A stretch of 62,263 bases of DNA, the filler included, from Candidatus Zapsychrus exili (GTDB lineage Bacteria > Omnitrophota > Gorgyraeia > Zapsychrales > Zapsychraceae): the NCBI GenBank assembly GCA_030765585.1. It is 4 parts of 4 records of this genome, joined end to end, with 100 filler letters (N's around TTAATTAATTAA, not from the genome) between each part and the next. Parts side by side here need not be neighbours in the genome. Positions count along the whole stretch, not along the records: positions 57,499 to 62,263 come from JAVCCJ010000049.1; 3 more parts are not named here. One strand, given 5' to 3'. Of this stretch, positions 60,757-62,263 are shown one piece after another. How positions within the stretch are numbered: position 1 is the stretch's first letter; each line of letters begins with the position of its first letter. Under the pieces are notes generated by a model. It was not told where the DNA came from. It saw nothing but the letters and a program-made list of their open reading frames with translations, and did not search any database. Position numbers and translations under genes: made by a program.

Positions 60757-61701
60757 ATGAAAGTAGTATTTTTAGGTTTTCAGGCATGGGGTTGGGTAGC
60801 ATTAAAAGGATTATTAGAATCAAAGCATCAAGTTGAATTAGTTCTGACTCATTCTCAGGATAGATGTGTTTACAAAGGTTCTTTTCTAGATAGATCAGTG
60901 CATCAATTAGCAGAATCACACAATATTCCTTTTATTGTATGTCAAACGGCAAATAAGGGGGAAATAATTGATAAAATAAAAGAGATTTCCCCTGATGTTA
61001 TTGTTTCCTCTGATTGGGAAACTTGGATTTCACCCGAGGTTGCAGCGTTGGCGAATAAAGCAGCAATAAATATTCATGACGCCTTATTGCCTAAATATGC
61101 TGGTTTTTCTCCTGTGAATTGGGCGATAATCAACGGTGAAAAGAAAACAGGAGTTACGATTCATTATATAGAAGAGGAGTTTGATCAGGGAAAAATTATT
61201 GCTCAAGAAACAGTTTTTATTGAAGATAATGATACAGCAGCGGAAGTATTGAAGAAGATTTTAAATCAAATACCAGAGATTGTTTTAAAATCTTTAGACT
61301 TAATTGAAAGCGAAAAGGTAGAAGCTAAAAAACAAGAAGTTAATGACGCTTCTTTTTACCATAAGATTTCAAAAAAAGACTGTCAAATCAATTGGCATGA
61401 TTCTTGTGATGATGTTTATAGTTTTATTCGTGCGCTATCTGACCCATTTTCTAATGCATATACTTATTTTAAAGGAAAAAAGCTAGAAATAAAGAAAGCT
61501 TCAAAAGCTAATACAGTATACTGTGGTATTCCCGGACGCTTAATCTGCCGACAAGAAGATGGTGTGATTGTATTATGTGGGAGAGTTGGTATTAATAAAC
61601 CTCAAGGCATACTTTTGAAAGAAATTCAGGATCAAGATGGCAGAATCTGGAAAGCAAAAGAATATTTCCCAAAAATGGGTGATTATTTGGGTGATAAGTA
61701 A
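60757..61701 (+). CDS. N10-formyl-THF-dependent formyltransferase (CchA/FxbA-like)
   Basis: INIHDALLPKYAGFSPVNWAIINGE, GVTIH, FDQG; C-terminal EYFPKMGDYL. Confidence 0.88.
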   Translation: MKVVFLGFQAWGWVALKGLLESKHQVELVLTHSQDRCVYKGSFLDRSVHQLAESHNIPFIVCQTANKGEIIDKIKEISPDVIVSSDWETWISPEVAALANKAAINIHDALLPKYAGFSPVNWAIINGEKKTGVTIHYIEEEFDQGKIIAQETVFIEDNDTAAEVLKKILNQIPEIVLKSLDLIESEKVEAKKQEVNDASFYHKISKKDCQINWHDSCDDVYSFIRALSDPFSNAYTYFKGKKLEIKKASKANTVYCGIPGRLICRQEDGVIVLCGRVGINKPQGILLKEIQDQDGRIWKAKEYFPKMGDYLGDK

Positions 61702-61790
61702 ATAAATATAATTAATTATCAGTTTTTAAAGTTTTCAGTGAGGGTTAGCTTGTAACAGCGGTCAACATGGGGCATCCTTCGCCAAATCAG

Positions 61791-61963
61791 TTTCTAAATA
61801 AAGTTTTTGATTCGTTCTTTACTAGAAAATCAGGTGGGACAGGACTTGGATTAGCTGTTTGTAAGCAATTAATTGAACTTCATAGGAGGGGCTTCAAATC
61901 GATAGCCAAGAAGGAAAAGGAGCTACGATAACAGTAAAATTGCCAATTAAGTCTAAAAAGTAA
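61791..61963 (+). pseudogene. Histidine kinase HATPase_c C-terminal remnant with frameshift
   Basis: FLNKVFDSFFTRKSGGTGLGLAVCKQLIELH / LQIDSQEGKGATITVKLP*. Confidence 0.75.
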
Positions 61964-61996
61964 AAATACGTTCATTCATTACATGTACAATATTCT

Positions 61997-62024
61997 AAAA
62001 GGAAGCTAATCGCTTCCTTTTTTT
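61997..62024 (+). terminator. Intrinsic terminator
   Basis: AAAAGGAAGC-loop-GCTTCCTTTTTTT. Confidence 0.75.
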
Positions 62025-62112
62025 ATTTGGTATTAAATCATTTTAATAAAACAAGTGGAATGAAGATGATGTTTTGAGGAGTGCGGCTATTAACTAATTT
62101 CTTAAATGTTCT

Positions 62113-62263
62113 ATAATGTAAACAGGACAGAAGGGGTTCAAAAAGGTTTGAAGGTTGGATTTTATAACTCTAGTTATGATTTTAATGGACTTCAAATTGG
62201 GATTATAAATGAAGCTGATTGGTTAAACGGAGTGCAAATAGGTCTTATTAATGTTCACAAGAA
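62113..62263 (+). pseudogene. LA_2272-type repeat protein fragment running off the window end
   Basis: ...GLKVGFYN..YDFNGLQIGIINEADWLNGVQIGLINVHK; no intact N-terminus visible. Confidence 0.55.

Overview
Low-GC bacterial scaffold in four pieces joined by N-gaps with TTAATTAATTAA linkers (26582-26681, 41293-41392, 57399-57498), so order across gaps is not guaranteed. Gene content suggests the PVC superphylum, most likely Omnitrophota (inference): a Minf_1886-like protein, an alginate-export-type major porin, the 'GIKINPENPFKFDFILD' giant-protein N-terminus and Tad parts. Core loci are the 3' part of 23S rRNA plus 5S, marR-tolC-RND, recG-rsmD-coaD-yceD-rpmF-plsX-fabH-fabD, rpsO-pnp-ftsK-rodZ-rimO, an M16 protease, a CpaF-like ATPase, tadA and infA. 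Intergenic DNA is dense with palindromic repeat families, and a RAYT gene is bracketed by inverted and tandem-amplified termini. tRNA-Ser(GGA) and tRNA-Arg(ACG) are intact; tRNA-Arg(CCT) is interrupted in its T-loop; a tRNA-Ser(GCT) 5' half marks a probable island boundary. Best candidates for an undescribed system: (1) an AblA-type lysine 2,3-aminomutase followed by a CchA/FxbA-like N-formyltransferase instead of the usual AblB acetyltransferase (possible N-formyl-beta-lysine solute); (2) a ParA-CBM48 fusion in an operon with a membrane-anchored carbohydrate-binding protein and a histone-H1-like protein (possible glycogen-granule positioning); (3) a MerR-ParA-polyHAMP module. All family assignments come from motif recognition by eye; no searches were run.
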